From: Heterodontus francisci
Lineage: Eukaryota
Assembly: GCF_036365525.1 (NCBI RefSeq)
Contig: NC_090378.1
Span: 120,203,593-120,267,592, forward strand
Direction: 5' to 3'
Length of the DNA: 64,000 nucleotides
Positions 7,480-19,300 of the stretch are shown here, one piece after another. The position numbers and the translations under genes were made by a program. The notes below the pieces were generated by a model that was not told the DNA's origin, searched no databases, and saw only the letters and a list, made by a program, of their open reading frames with translations. Every line of letters begins with the position of its first letter. Position 1 is the first letter of the stretch.

Positions 7480-8285
7480 GGGAATATAGGAACAGGAGGA
7501 GGCTGTTCAGCCCATCGAGCCTGTTCTATCCTTCAGTTTGATCAGCTGATCTGTATCTGATCTCCATCTCCCTGCCTTGGTTGCATAACCCACAATACCC
7601 CGACCCAACAAAATCTATCAAGCTCATTGTTAAATATTTAAATTGATCTTCAGCCTCAACAGCTTTATGAGGGAGAGAGTTCCCGATTTCCACTCACCTT
7701 TATGTGAAGAAATGCCTCCTGACATCACCCCGAGCTCTAATATTAAGATTATGTCCCCTTGTTCTCGACTCCCCCACCAGAGGAAACAGTTTCTCTCCAT
7801 CTCTCTGAATCATTTTAATCCTTTATTCATCTTAAATACCTCAATGAGATCACCCCTAAATTCTCTAAACTCAAGGGAATACAAGCCTAGTCTATACAGT
7901 CTGTCCTGATAATTTAACCCTTTCAGTCCCGGTATCATTCTGGTGAATCTGTGCTGCACCCCCTCCAAGGCCAATCTCTTCTTCCTGAGGTGCGGGGCCC
8001 AGAACTGAACACAGTTACTCCAGATGTAGTTAAACCAGAGCTTTATACAACTGGAGTAAAACCCCTTTGTATTCCAGTCCCCTTGATGGAAAGACCAACA
8101 TTCCATTAGCCTTATTCAATATGTTTTGTACCTGTCACTAGATTTTAATGCTTTCTGTACTTGGACCCCTAAATCTCTCTGTTCCTCCACAGTTCCCAGC
8201 TTCTCACCATTTAGAAATTACTTTGATTTATCTTCCTCAGGTCCAAACTGGATGACCTCACACTGTCCACATTGAACTCCATCTG
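7480..8285 (-). mobile_element. CR1 LINE, ORF2 C-terminus and 3' end (pseudogenised)
   Basis: Minus strand encodes WQMEFNV...CVQFWAPHLRK..LALEGVQHRFTRMIPGLKGLNYQDRLYRLGLYSLEFREFRGDLIEVFKM; 3' tail GGGCTGAACAGCCTCCTCCTGTTCCTATATTCC ends at ~7481. Confidence 0.9.
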
Positions 8286-8700
8286 CCATTGTCTTCGGTC
8301 CCCGTCACAAACTCCATTCCCGAGCCACTGATTCCATCCCTCTCCCAGGGACTGTCTGAGACTGAACCAGGCAGTTCACAGCCATGGTGTTGTATTTGAC
8401 CCTGAGATGTGTTACTGACCACATAAACCACATCATCATTAAAACCACCTATTTCCACCTCCGTAACCTCGCCCGAGTCCTTCCTGCCTCAGCTCATCTA
8501 CTGCTGAAACACTCATCCATGCCTTTGTTACCTCTAGACTTGACTATTCCAATGTTCTCCTGTTCGCATCACAGTTACCATCCTCTGTAAACTAGAGCTG
8601 ATCCAAAACTCTGCTGCCCATGTCTGAACCCAGACCATGTCACATTCCCCCATCACTGTGATCACTGACCGACATTGGCTCCTGTTCCAGCAACACCTCG
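8286..8700 (+). mobile_element. L2-clade LINE fragment nested between the two CR1 pieces
   Basis: Encodes KTTYFHLRNLAR and frameshifted ETLIHAFVTSRLDYSN and LELIQNSAA motifs typical of L2 ORF2. Confidence 0.85.
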
Positions 8701-8719
8701 ATGTTGCCTCATCTTGCCT

Positions 8720-9047
8720 CACATTATCCCTACTCTCTGTCTCCTACCTCCTAACCAATTCCTTACCCATGTCAAAAGGTTTCCTCACATTCCATATGCT
8801 TCGATTTTGCGAACAGTCTCTTGTGTGGAACCTTCTCAAATGCCTTCTGGAAATCCATATAAATAACATCCATAGACATTCCCTTATCTACCACATTAGT
8901 GACCTCTTCAAAAAATACAACTCGATTAGTTAAACATGTTTCACCCTTTTTAAATCCGTGCTGACTCTCTCTGATCAGTTTATATTTGTCAGTCATTCTG
9001 TCCCTAATAACAGATTCAAATAACTTCCCCACAACAGATATTAAACT
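8720..9047 (-). mobile_element. CR1 LINE reverse-transcriptase N-terminal part (pseudogenised)
   Basis: GKLFESVIRD...ESQHGFKKGETCLTN..FFEEVT.VVDKG..MDVIYMDFQKAFEKVPHKRL, followed in another frame by WVRNWLGGRRQRVGI. Confidence 0.9.
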
Positions 9048-9074
9048 GAGATGTTAGTCGTGAATTACTCGAGC

Positions 9075-9130
9075 AAACAGCTGGAAGAGAGACGAGGGGC
9101 TGAACGGCCTCCTCCTGTGCTGCAGAATTA
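9075..9130 (+). mobile_element. Short CR1 3' tail remnant
   Basis: GACGAGGGGCTGAACGGCCTCCTCCTGTGCTG. Confidence 0.6.
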
Positions 9131-9289
9131 TACTGCTTTTTGGCTGAAACATGTGGATTGGAACAGGAGGTGTGCTGGAGTTTAAACAATGAGTTAAATA
9201 TGGAGGTAGTGTCATTAGTGGGTAATGCACAGTCTACATTGTGTCCAGGACCCTCTCTAAAAGATGTCTTTCTCTTTTTCCTTTTTCAG

Positions 9290-9380
9290 GTCCAGGGCTG
9301 TAATTAAGGAGCTGAAAGAATATTTAGTGAAGAAGTTTCCGGACTGTGCGGTGTGTGTGAAGGTGTTCGGCAGTGACTGA
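9290..9380 (+). CDS. Candidate terminal coding exon of an unidentified gene or gene fragment (SRAVIKELKEYLVKKFPDCAVCVKVFGSD*)
   Basis: Strong acceptor TCTTTCTCTTTTTCCTTTTTCAG|G at 9289/9290, branch-like CTCTAA at 9255-9260, 29 protein-like codons (phase 2), TGA TGA stop, ATTAAA at 9623-9628. No upstream exon identified. Confidence 0.35.
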
Positions 9381-9659
9381 TGATTACAGCTCCTTGTTCA
9401 GGCAGCTCCGCCCTCACCACTGATCAAGCCATGTAACCTCCTGTCACACTGAGTGAAATTACAATCGATATCATAGTGTCAGTCACAGAAAACAACAGCA
9501 TCACAGTCTGAGTCACTGGGACAGACATCACTGCCTCACATCAAAGAACAGACCCCTTATCCCCTCTCACCATGTTCATAAACCATACAGTAGAGAAAAT
9601 ATACTGACAAACACCACCTTATATTAAACACTCACACCCATAGAACACCTTCAGAGGTA

Positions 9660-9782
9660 GAAGACAGGATAGAGATTGAGAGAGAAAGAGAAGGAGTGAG
9701 ATGGAGAGAGAGAAAGAGAGTGAGATGGAGAGAGAGAGAGAGGGAGTGAGAGGGAGTGAGATGGAGAGAGAGAGACAGAGAC
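9660..9782. repeat. GA-rich simple repeat with GAGTGAGATGGAGAGAGAGA subunits
   Basis: Purine tract with three copies of GAGTGAGATGGAGAGAGAGA. Confidence 0.9.
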
Positions 9783-9799
9783 TCTGTGTCAGCTCCTGT

Positions 9800-10250
9800 A
9801 CATGGAAGAGTGAAGAAGTCTTATTGCAGTTGGATCGGACCTTGCTGAGACCACACCTGGTGAACTGTGGACAGTTTTGGTCTCTTTACCAAAGGAAGGA
9901 TATTCTGGCCTTAGAAGGAGAGCAGCAAAGATTCACCAGACTGATTCCTGGGATGAGGAGATTGTCCTATGAGGAGAGATTGAGTAGACTGGGATATTAT
10001 TCCCTGAAATGTAGAAGAATGAGAGGTGATCTGATTGAAAGATATACAATTTTTAATGTGATTGACAGGGTAGATACTGGGAGGATGTTTTCCCCTGGCT
10101 GGGGAATCTAGAACTAGGGGTCACAGTCTCAGAATAAGGGGTCGGCCATTTCGGATTGAGATCAGGAGAAAGTTCTTCACTCAAGGGGTTGTGAATCTTT
10201 GGAATTCTGTTTCCCAGAGAGCAGTGGATGCTCAGTCATTGAAGACAGGA
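9800..10250 (+). mobile_element. CR1 LINE ORF2 C-terminal fragment, truncated at both ends
   Basis: KSEEVLLQLDRTLLRPHLVNCGQFWSLYQRKDILALEGEQQRFTRLIPGMRRLSYEERLSRLGYYSLKCRRMRGDLIE, then frameshifted TRGHSLRIRGRPF..EIRRKFFTQGVVNLWNS. Confidence 0.92.
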
Positions 10251-10376
10251 GTCTATAGATCCGGAGTGCGCCTGTTCCTGTCCAATTTCTAATACAATGG
10301 TGGAATTACACTCGAAGCCTTGCTGCATGTAAAGGATCAGCCATGGCTCAGTGTTTGCAGTAACGTTTATACTCAT

Positions 10377-13300
10377 CAGTCTCCAGACAGAGCGCAATTC
10401 ATCCAGTGCAGTCTCCAGCCGGGGCTCCATTCATCCAGTGCAGTCTCCAGCCAGGGCTCCATTCATCCAGTGCAGTCTCCAGCCAGAGCACAATTCATCC
10501 AGTGCAGTCTCCAGCCGGGGCTCCATTCATCCAGTGCAGTCTCCAGTCAGGGCTCCATTCATCCAGTGCCGTCTCCAGCCAGGGCTCCATTCATCCAGTG
10601 CAGTCTCCAGTCACGGCTCCATTCATCCAGTGCAGTCTCCAGTCAGGGCTCCGTTCATCCAGTGCCGTCTCCAGCCAGGGCTCCATTCATCCAGTGCAGT
10701 CTCCAGCCAGGGCTCCATTCATCCAGTGCCGTCTCCAGCCAGGGCTCCATTCATCCAGTTCAGTCTTCAGCCAGGGCTCCATTCATCCAGTGCAGTCTGC
10801 AGCCAGGGCTCCATTCATCCAGTGCAGTCTCCAGCCAGCCCTCATTCATCCAGTTCAGTCTTCAGCCAGGGCTCCATTCATCCAGTGAGTCTGCAGCCAG
10901 GGCTCCATTCATCCCGTGCAGTCTCCAGCCAGCCCGCCATTCATCCAGTGCAGTCTCCAGCCAGGGCTCCATTCATCCAGTTCAGTCTTCAGCCAGGGCT
11001 CAATTCATCCAGTGCAGTCTCCATCCGGGGCTCCATTCATCCAGTGCAGTCTCCAGCCAGGGCTCCATTCATCCAGTGCAGTCTGCAGCCAGAGCACAAT
11101 TCATCCAGTGCAGTCTCCAGCCGGGGCTCAATTCATCCAGTGCAGTCTCCAGTCAGGGCTCCGTTCATTCAGTGCCGTCTCCAGCCAGGGCTCCATTCAT
11201 CCAGTGCAGTCTCCAGTCAGGGCTCCATTCATCCAGTGCAATCTCCAGTCAGGGCTCCGTTCATCCAGTGCCGTCTCCAGCCAGGGGTCCATTCATCCAG
11301 TGCAGTCTCCAGTCAGGGCTCCGTTCATCCAGTGCCGTCTCCAGTCAGGGCTCCATTCATCCAGTTTTGTCTTCAGCCAGGGCTCCATTCATCCAGTGCA
11401 GTCTCCGGTCAAGGCTCCATTCATCCAGTGCAGTCTCTAGCCATGGCTCCATTCATCCAGTGCAGTCTCCAGTCAGGGCACCGTTCATCCAGTGCCGTCT
11501 CCAGTCAGGGCTCCATTCATCCAGTGCAGTCTTGAGCCAGGGCTCCATTCGTCCAGTGCAGTCTCCAGCCAGGGCTCCATTCATCCAGTGCAGTCTCCAG
11601 CCAGTGCTCCATTCATCCAGTGCCGTCTCCAGCCAAAGCTCCATTCATTCAGTGCAGTCTCTAGCCAGGGCTCCATTCATGCAGTGCAGTCTCCAGCCAG
11701 GGTTCAATTCATCCAGTGCAGTCTCCAGTCAGGGCTCCATTCATCCAGTGCCGTCTCCAGCCAGGTCTCCATTCATCCAGTGCCGTCTCCAGCCAGGGCT
11801 CCATTCATCCAGTGCCGTCTGCAGCCAGGGCTCCATTCATCCAGTGCAGGCTCCAGCCAGCCCTACACAAATCCAGTGCAGTCTCCAGCCAGGGCTCCGT
11901 TCATCCAGTGCCGTTTCCAGCCATGGCGCCATTCATCCAGTGTAGTCTTCAGCCAGGGCTCCATTCATCCAGTGCAGTCTCCAGCCAGGGCTCCATTCAT
12001 CCAGTTAAGTCTTCAGCCAGGGCTCCATTCATCCAGTGCGGTCTCAAGCCAGGGCTCCATTCATCCAGTTCAGTCTTCAGCCAGGGCTCCATTCATCCAG
12101 TGCCGTCTCAAGTCAGGGCTCCATTCATCCAGTTCAGTCTTCAGCGAGGGCTCCATTCATCCAGTGCAGTCTCAAGCCAGGGCTCCATTCATCCAGTGCA
12201 GTCTCCGGTCAAGGCTCCATTCATCCAGAGCAGTCTCCAGTCAGGGCAACATTCATCCAGTGCCGTCTCGTGTCAGGGCTCCATTCATCCACACTCAGTC
12301 TTTAGCCAGGGCTCGATTCATCCAGTGCCGTCTCCAGTCAGGGCTCCATTCATCCAGTGCAGTCTCCAGCCAAGGCTCCATTCATCCAGTGCAGTCTCCG
12401 GTCAAGGCTCCATTCATCCAGTGCAGTCTCCAGCCAGGGCTCCATTCATCCAGTGCAGTCTCCAGTCAGGGCTCCGTTCATGCAGTGCCGTCTCCAGTCA
12501 GGGCTCCATTCATCCAGTTCAGTCTCCAGCCAGGGCTCCATTCATCCAGTGCAGACTCCGGTCAAGGCTCCATTCATCCAGTGCAGTCTCCAGCCAGGGC
12601 ACCATTCATCCAGTGCAGTCTCCAGTCAGGGCTCCGTTCGTCCAGTGCTGTCTCCAGTGCGGGCTCCATTCATCCAGTTCAGTCTTCAGCCAGGGCTCGA
12701 TTCATCCAGTGACATCACAAGTCAGGGCTCCATTCATCCAGTGCAGTCTCTAGCCAGGGCTCCATTCATGCAGTGCAGTCTCCAGCCAGGGCTCAATTCA
12801 TCGAGTGCAGTCTCCAGTCAGGGCTCCATTCATCCAGTGCAGTCTCCAGCCAGGGCTCCATTCATCCAGTGCAGTCTCCAGTCAGGGCTCCGTTCATCCA
12901 GTGCCGTCTCCAGTCAGGGCTCCATACATCCAGTGCAGTCTCGAGCCAGGGCTCCATTCGTCCAGTGCAGTCTAAAGCCAGGGCTCCATTCATCCAGTGC
13001 AGTCTCCAGCCGGGGCTCCATTCATCCAGTGCCGTCTCCAGCCAAGGCTCCATTCATTCAGTGCAGTCTCTAGCCAGGGCTCCATTCATGCAGTGCAGTC
13101 TCCAGCCAGGGCTCAATTCATCCAGTGCAGTCTCCAGTCAGGGCTCCATTCATCCAGTGCAGACTCCAGCCAGGAATCCATTCATCCAGTGCAGTCTCCA
13201 GTCAGGGCTCCGTTCATCCAGTGCCGTCTTAAGCCAGGGCTCCATTCATCCAGTGCAGTCTCCAGCCAGGTCTCCATTCATCCAGTGCAGTCTCCAGCCA

Positions 13301-16300
13301 GGGCTCCATTCATCCAGTTCAGTCTTCAGCCAGGGCTCCATTCATACAGTGCAGTCTGCAGCCAGGGCTCCATTCATCCAGTGCAGTCTCCAGCCAGCCC
13401 TCCATTCATCCAGATCAGTCTTCAGCCAGGGCTCCATTCATCCAGTGCAGTCTGCAGCCAGGGCTCCATTCATCCAGTGCAGTCTCCAGCCAGCCCGCCA
13501 TTCATCCAGTGCAGTCTCCAGCCAGGACTCCATTCATCCAGTTCAGTCTTCAGCCAGGGCTCCATTCATCCAGTGCAGTCTCCAGCCGGGGCTCCATTCA
13601 TCCAGTGCAGTCTCCAGTCAGGGCTCCGTTCATTCAGTGCCGTCTCCAGCCAGGGCTCCATTCATCCAGTGCAGTCTCCAGTCAGGGCTCCATTCATCCA
13701 GTGCAATCTCCAGTCAGGGCTCCGTTCATCCAGTGCCGTCTCCAGCCAGGGCTCCATTCATCCACTGCAGTCTCCAGTCAGGGCTCCGTTCATCCAGTGC
13801 CGTCTCCAGTCAGGGCTCCATTCATCCAGTTTTGTCTTCAGCCAGGGCTTTTTCATCCAGTGCAGTCTCCGGTCAAGGCTCCATTCATCCAGTGCAGTCT
13901 CTAGCCATGGCTCCATTCATCCAGTGCAGTCTCCAGTCAGGGCTCCGTTCATCCAGTGCCGCCTCCAGTCAGGGCTCCATTCATCCAGTGCAGCCTCGAG
14001 CCAGGGCTCCATTCGTCCAGTGCAGTCTCCAGCCAGGGCTCCATTCATCCAGTGCAGTCTCCAGCCAGGGCTCCATTCATCCAGTGCCGTCTCCAGCCAA
14101 GGCTCCATTCATTCAGTGCAGTCTCTAGCCATGGTCCATTCATGCAGTGCAGGTCCAGCCAGGGCTCATTTCATCCAGTGCAGTCTCCAGTCAGGGCTCC
14201 ATTCATCCAGTGCAGTCTGCAGCCAGGTCTCCATTCATCCAGTGCCGTCTGCTGCCAGGGCTCCATTCATCCAGTGCAGTCTCCAGCCAGCCCTCCACTC
14301 ATCCAGTGCAGTCTCCAGCAACGGCTCCGTTCATCCAGTGCCGTTTCCAGCAATGGCTCCATTCATCCAGTGAAGTCTTCAGCCAGGACTCCATTCATCC
14401 AGTGCAGTCTCCAGTCAGGGCTCCGTTCATCCAGTGCCATCTCCAGTCCGGGCTCCATTCATCCAGTTCAGTCTCCAGCCAGGGCTCCATTCATCCAGTG
14501 CAGTCTCCGGTCAAGGCTCCATTCATCCAGTGCAGTCTCCAGCCAGGGCACCATTCATCCAGTGCAGTCTCCAGTCAGGGCTCCGTTCGTCCAGTGCCGT
14601 CTCCAGTCCGGGCTCCATTCATCCAGTTCAGTCTTCAGCCAGGGCTCGATTCATCCAGTGCCATCACAAGTCAGGGCTCCATTCATCCAGTGCATTCTCT
14701 AGCCAGGGCTCCATTCATGCAGTGCAGTCTCCAGCCAGGGCTCAATTCATCGAGTGCAGTCTCCAGTCAGGGCTCCATTCATCCAGTGCAGTCTCCAGCC
14801 AGGGCTCCATTCATCCAGTGCAGTCTCCAGTCAGGGCTCCGTTCATCCAGTGCCGTCTCCAGTCAGGGCTCCATTCATCCAATGCAGTCTCAAGCCAGGG
14901 CTCCATTCGTCCAGTGCAGTCTCCAGCCAGGGCTCCATTCATCCAGTGCAGTCTCCAGCCAGGGCTCCATTCATCCAGTGCCGTCTCCAGCCAAGGCTCC
15001 ATTCATTCAGTGCAGTATCTAGCCAGGGCTCCATTCATGCAGTGCAGTCTCCAGCCAGGGCTCAATTCATCCAGTGCAGTCTCCAGTCAGGGCTCCATTC
15101 ATCCAATGCAGTCTCCAGCCAGGTCTCCATTCATCGAGTGCCGTCTCCAGCCAGGGCTCCATTCATCCAGTGCTGTCTTCAGCCAGGGCTCCATTCATCC
15201 AGTGCCGTCTGCAGCCAGGGCTCCATTGATCCAGTGCAGTCTCCAGCCAGCCCTCCACTCATCCAGTGCCGTCTCCAGCCATGGCTCCATTCATCCAGTT
15301 AAGTCTTCAGCCAGGGCTCCATTCATCCAGTGCGGTCTCAAGACAGGGCTCCATTCATCCAGTTCAGTCTTCAGCCAGGGCTCGATTCATCCAGTGCCGT
15401 CTCACGTCAGGGCTCCATACATCCAGTGCAGTCTCCAGCCAGGGCAACATTCATCCAGTGCCGTCTCGTGTCAGGGCTCCATTCATCCACTTCAGTCTTC
15501 AGCCAGGGCTCCATTCATCCAGTGCAGTCTCCAGCCAAGGCTCCATTCATCCAGTGCAGTCTCCGGTCAAGACTCCATTCATCCAGTGCAGTCTCCAGCC
15601 AGGGCTCCATTCATCCAGTGCAGTCTCCAGTCAGGGCTCCGTTCATCCAGTGCCGTCTCCAGTCAGGGCTCCATTCATCCAGTTCAGTCTCCAGCCAGGG
15701 CTCCATTCATCCAGTGCAGTCTCCGGTCAAGGCTCCATTCATCCAGTGCAGTCTCCAGCCAGGGCACCATTCATCCAGGGCAGTCTCCAGTCAGGGCTCC
15801 GTTCGTCCAGTGCCGTCTCCAGTGCGGCCTCCATTCATCCAGTTCAGTCTTCAGCCAGGGCTCGATTCATCCAGTGCCATCACAAGTCAGGGCTCCATTC
15901 ATCCAGTGCAGTCTCTAGCCAGGGCTCCATTCATGCAGTGCAGTATGCAGCCAGGGCTCAATTCCTCGAGTGCAGTCTCCAGTCAGGGCTCCATTGATCC
16001 AGTGCAGTCTCCAGCCAGGGCTCCATTCATCCAGTGCCGTCTTCAGCCAGGGCTCCATTCATCCAGTGACGTCTGCAGCCAGGGCTCCATTCATCCAGTG
16101 CAGTCTCCAGCCAGCCCTCCATTCATCCAGTGAAGTCTCCAGCCAGGGCTCCGTCTATCCAGTGCCGTCTCCAGCCATGGCTCCATTTATCCAGTGCAGT
16201 CTTCAGCCAGGGCGCCATTCATCCAGTGCGGTCTCCAGCCAGGGCTCCATTCATCCAGTTCAGTCTTCAGCCAGGGCTCCATTCATCCAGTGCAGTCTCC

Positions 16301-19300
16301 AGCCTGGGCTCCATTCATCCAGTTCAGTCTTCAGCCAGGGCTAGATTCATCCAGTGCCGTCTCCAGTCAGGGCTCCATTCATCCAGTTCAGTCTTCAGCG
16401 AGGCCTCCATTCATCCAGTGCATTCTCCGGTCAAGGCTCCATTCATCCAGTGCAGTCTCCAGTCAGGGCTCCGTTCATCCAGTGCCATCTCGTGTCAGGG
16501 CTACATTCATCCAGTTCACTCTTCAGCCAGGGCTTGATTAATCCAGTGCCTTCCCCAGTCAGGGCTCCATTCATCCAGTGCAGTCTCTAGCCATGGCTCC
16601 ATTCATCCAGTGCAGTCTCCAGTCAGGGCTCCGTTCATCCAGTGCCGTCTCCAGTCAGGGCTCCATTCATCCAGTGCTGTTTAGAGCCAGGGCTCCATTC
16701 ATCCAGTGCAGTCTCCAGCCAGCCCTCCATTCATCCAGTGCAGTCTCCAGCCAGGGCTCCGTCTCTCCAGTGCCATCTCCAGCCATGGCTCCATTCATCC
16801 AGTGCAGTCTTCAGCCAGGGCGCCATTCATCCAGTGCAGTATCCAGCCAGGGCTCCATTCATCCAGTTCAGTCTTCAGCCAGGTCTCCATTCATCCAGTG
16901 CAGTCTCCAGCCAGGGCTCCATTCATCCAGTTCAGTCTTCAGCCAGGGCTCCATTCATCCAGTGCCGTCTCCAGTCAGGTCTCCATTCATCCAGTTCAGT
17001 CTTCAGCGAGGGCTCCATTCATCCAGTGCAGTCTCCAGCCAGCCCTCCATTCATCCAGTGAAGTCTTCAGCCAGGGCTCCATTCATCCAGTACAGTCTCC
17101 AGCCAGCCCTCCATTCATCCAGTGAAGTCTCCAGCCAGGGCTCCGTCTATCCAGTGCCGTCTCCAGCCATGGCTCCATTTATCCAGTGCAGTCTTCAGCC
17201 AGGGCGCCATTCATCCAGTGCGGTCTCCAGCCAGGGCTCCATTCATCCAGTTCAGTCTTCAGCCAGGGCTCCATTCATCCAGTGCAGTCTCCAGCCTGGG
17301 CTCCATTCATCCAGTTCAGTCTTCAGCCAGGGCTCGATTCATCCAGTGCCATCTCCAGTCAGGGCTCCATTCATCCAGTTCAGTCTTCAGCGAGGCCTCC
17401 ATTCATCCAGTGCATTCTCCAGCCAGGGCTCCATTCATCCAGTGCAGTCTCCGGTCAAGGCTCCATTCATCCAGTGCAGTCTCCAGTCAGGGCTCCGTTC
17501 ATCCAGTGCCATCTCGTGTCAGGGCTACATTCATCCAGTTCACTCTTCAGCCAGGGCTCGATTCATCCAGTGCCTTCTCCAGTCAGGGCTCCATTCATCC
17601 AGTGCAGTCTCTAGCCATGGCTCCATTCATCTAGTGCAGTCTCCAGTCAGGGCCCCGTTCATCCAGTGCCGTCTCCAGTCAGGGCTCCATTCATCCAGTG
17701 CTGTTTAGAGCCAGGACTCCATTCATCCAGTGCAGTCTCTAGCCAGGGCACCATTCATCCAGTGCCGTCTTCAGCCAGGGCTCCATTCATCCAGTGCCGT
17801 CTGCAGCCAGGGCTCCATTCATCCACTGCAGTCTCCAGCCAGCCCTCCATTCATCCAGTGAAGTCTTCAGCCAGGGCTCCATTCATCCAGTACAGTCTCC
17901 AGCCAGCCCTCCATTCATCCAGTGAAGTCTCCAGCCAGGGCTCCGTCTATCCAGTGCCGTCTCCAGCCATGGCTCCATTTATCCAGTGCAGTCTTCAGCC
18001 AGGGCGCCATTCATCCAGTGCGGTCTCCAGCCAGGGCTCCATTCATCCAGTTCAGTCTTCAGCCAGGGCTCCATTCATCCAGTGCAGTCTCCAGCCTGGG
18101 CTCCATTCATCCAGTTCAGTCTTCAGCCAGGGCTCGATTCATCCAGTGCCATCTCCAGTCAGGGCTCCATTCATCCAGTTCAGTCTTCAGCGAGGCCTCC
18201 ATTCATCCAGTGCATTCTCCAGCCAGGGCTCCATTCATCCAGTGCAGTCTCCGGTCAAGGCTCCATTCATCCAGTGCAGTCTCCAGTCAGGGCTCCGTTC
18301 ATCCAGTGCCATCTCGTGTCAGGGCTACATTCATCCAGTTCACTCTTCAGCCAGGGCTCGATTCATCCAGTGCCTTCTCCAGTCAGGGCTCCATTCATCC
18401 AGTGCAGTCTCTAGCCATGGCTCCATTCATCTAGTGCAGTCTCCAGTCAGGGCCCCGTTCATCCAGTGCCGTCTCCAGTCAGGGCTCCATTCATCCAGTG
18501 CTGTTTAGAGCCAGGACTCCATTCATCCAGTGCAGTCTCTAGCCAGGGCACCATTCATCCAGTGCCGTCTTCAGCCAGGGCTCCATTCATCCAGTGCCGT
18601 CTGCAGCCAGGGCTCCATTCATCCAGTGCAGTCTCCAGCCAGCCCTCCATTCATCCAGTGCAGTCTCCAGCCAGGGCTCCGTCTATCCAGTGCCGTCTCC
18701 AGCCATGGCTCCATTCATCCAGTGCAGTCTTCAGCCAGGGCGCCATTCATCCAGTGCAGTATCCAGCCAGGGCTCCATTCATCCAGTTCAGTCTTCAGCC
18801 AGGTCTCCATTCATCCAGTGCAGTCTCCAGCCAGGGCTCCATTCATCCAGTTCAGTCTTCAGCCAGTGCTCCATTCATCCTGTGCCGTCTACAGTCAGGG
18901 CTCCATTCATCCAGTTCAGTCTTCAGCGAGAGCTCCATTCATCCAGTGCAGTCTCCAGCCAGGGCTCCATTCATCCAGTGCAGTCTCCTGTCAAGGCTCC
19001 ATTCATCCAGTGCAATCTCCAGTCAGGACTCCGTTCATCCAGTGCCGTCTCGTGTCAGGGCTCCATTCATCCAGTTCAGTCTTCAGCCAGGGCTCGATTC
19101 ATCCAGTGCCATCTCCAGTCAGGGCTCCATTCATCCAGTTCAGTCTTCAGCCAGGGCTCCATTCATCCAGTGCCGTCTCCAGCCAAGGCTCCATTCATTC
19201 AGTGCAGTCTCTAGCCAGGGCTCCATTCATCCAGTGCAGTCTCCAGCCAGGGCTCCATTCATCCATTGCAGTCTCCAGTCAGGGCTCCATTCATCCGGTG

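Noticed and set aside
7480-10250. Active autonomous retrotransposon
   Set aside because: All LINE pieces are truncated and frameshifted, with no intact RT or endonuclease domain.
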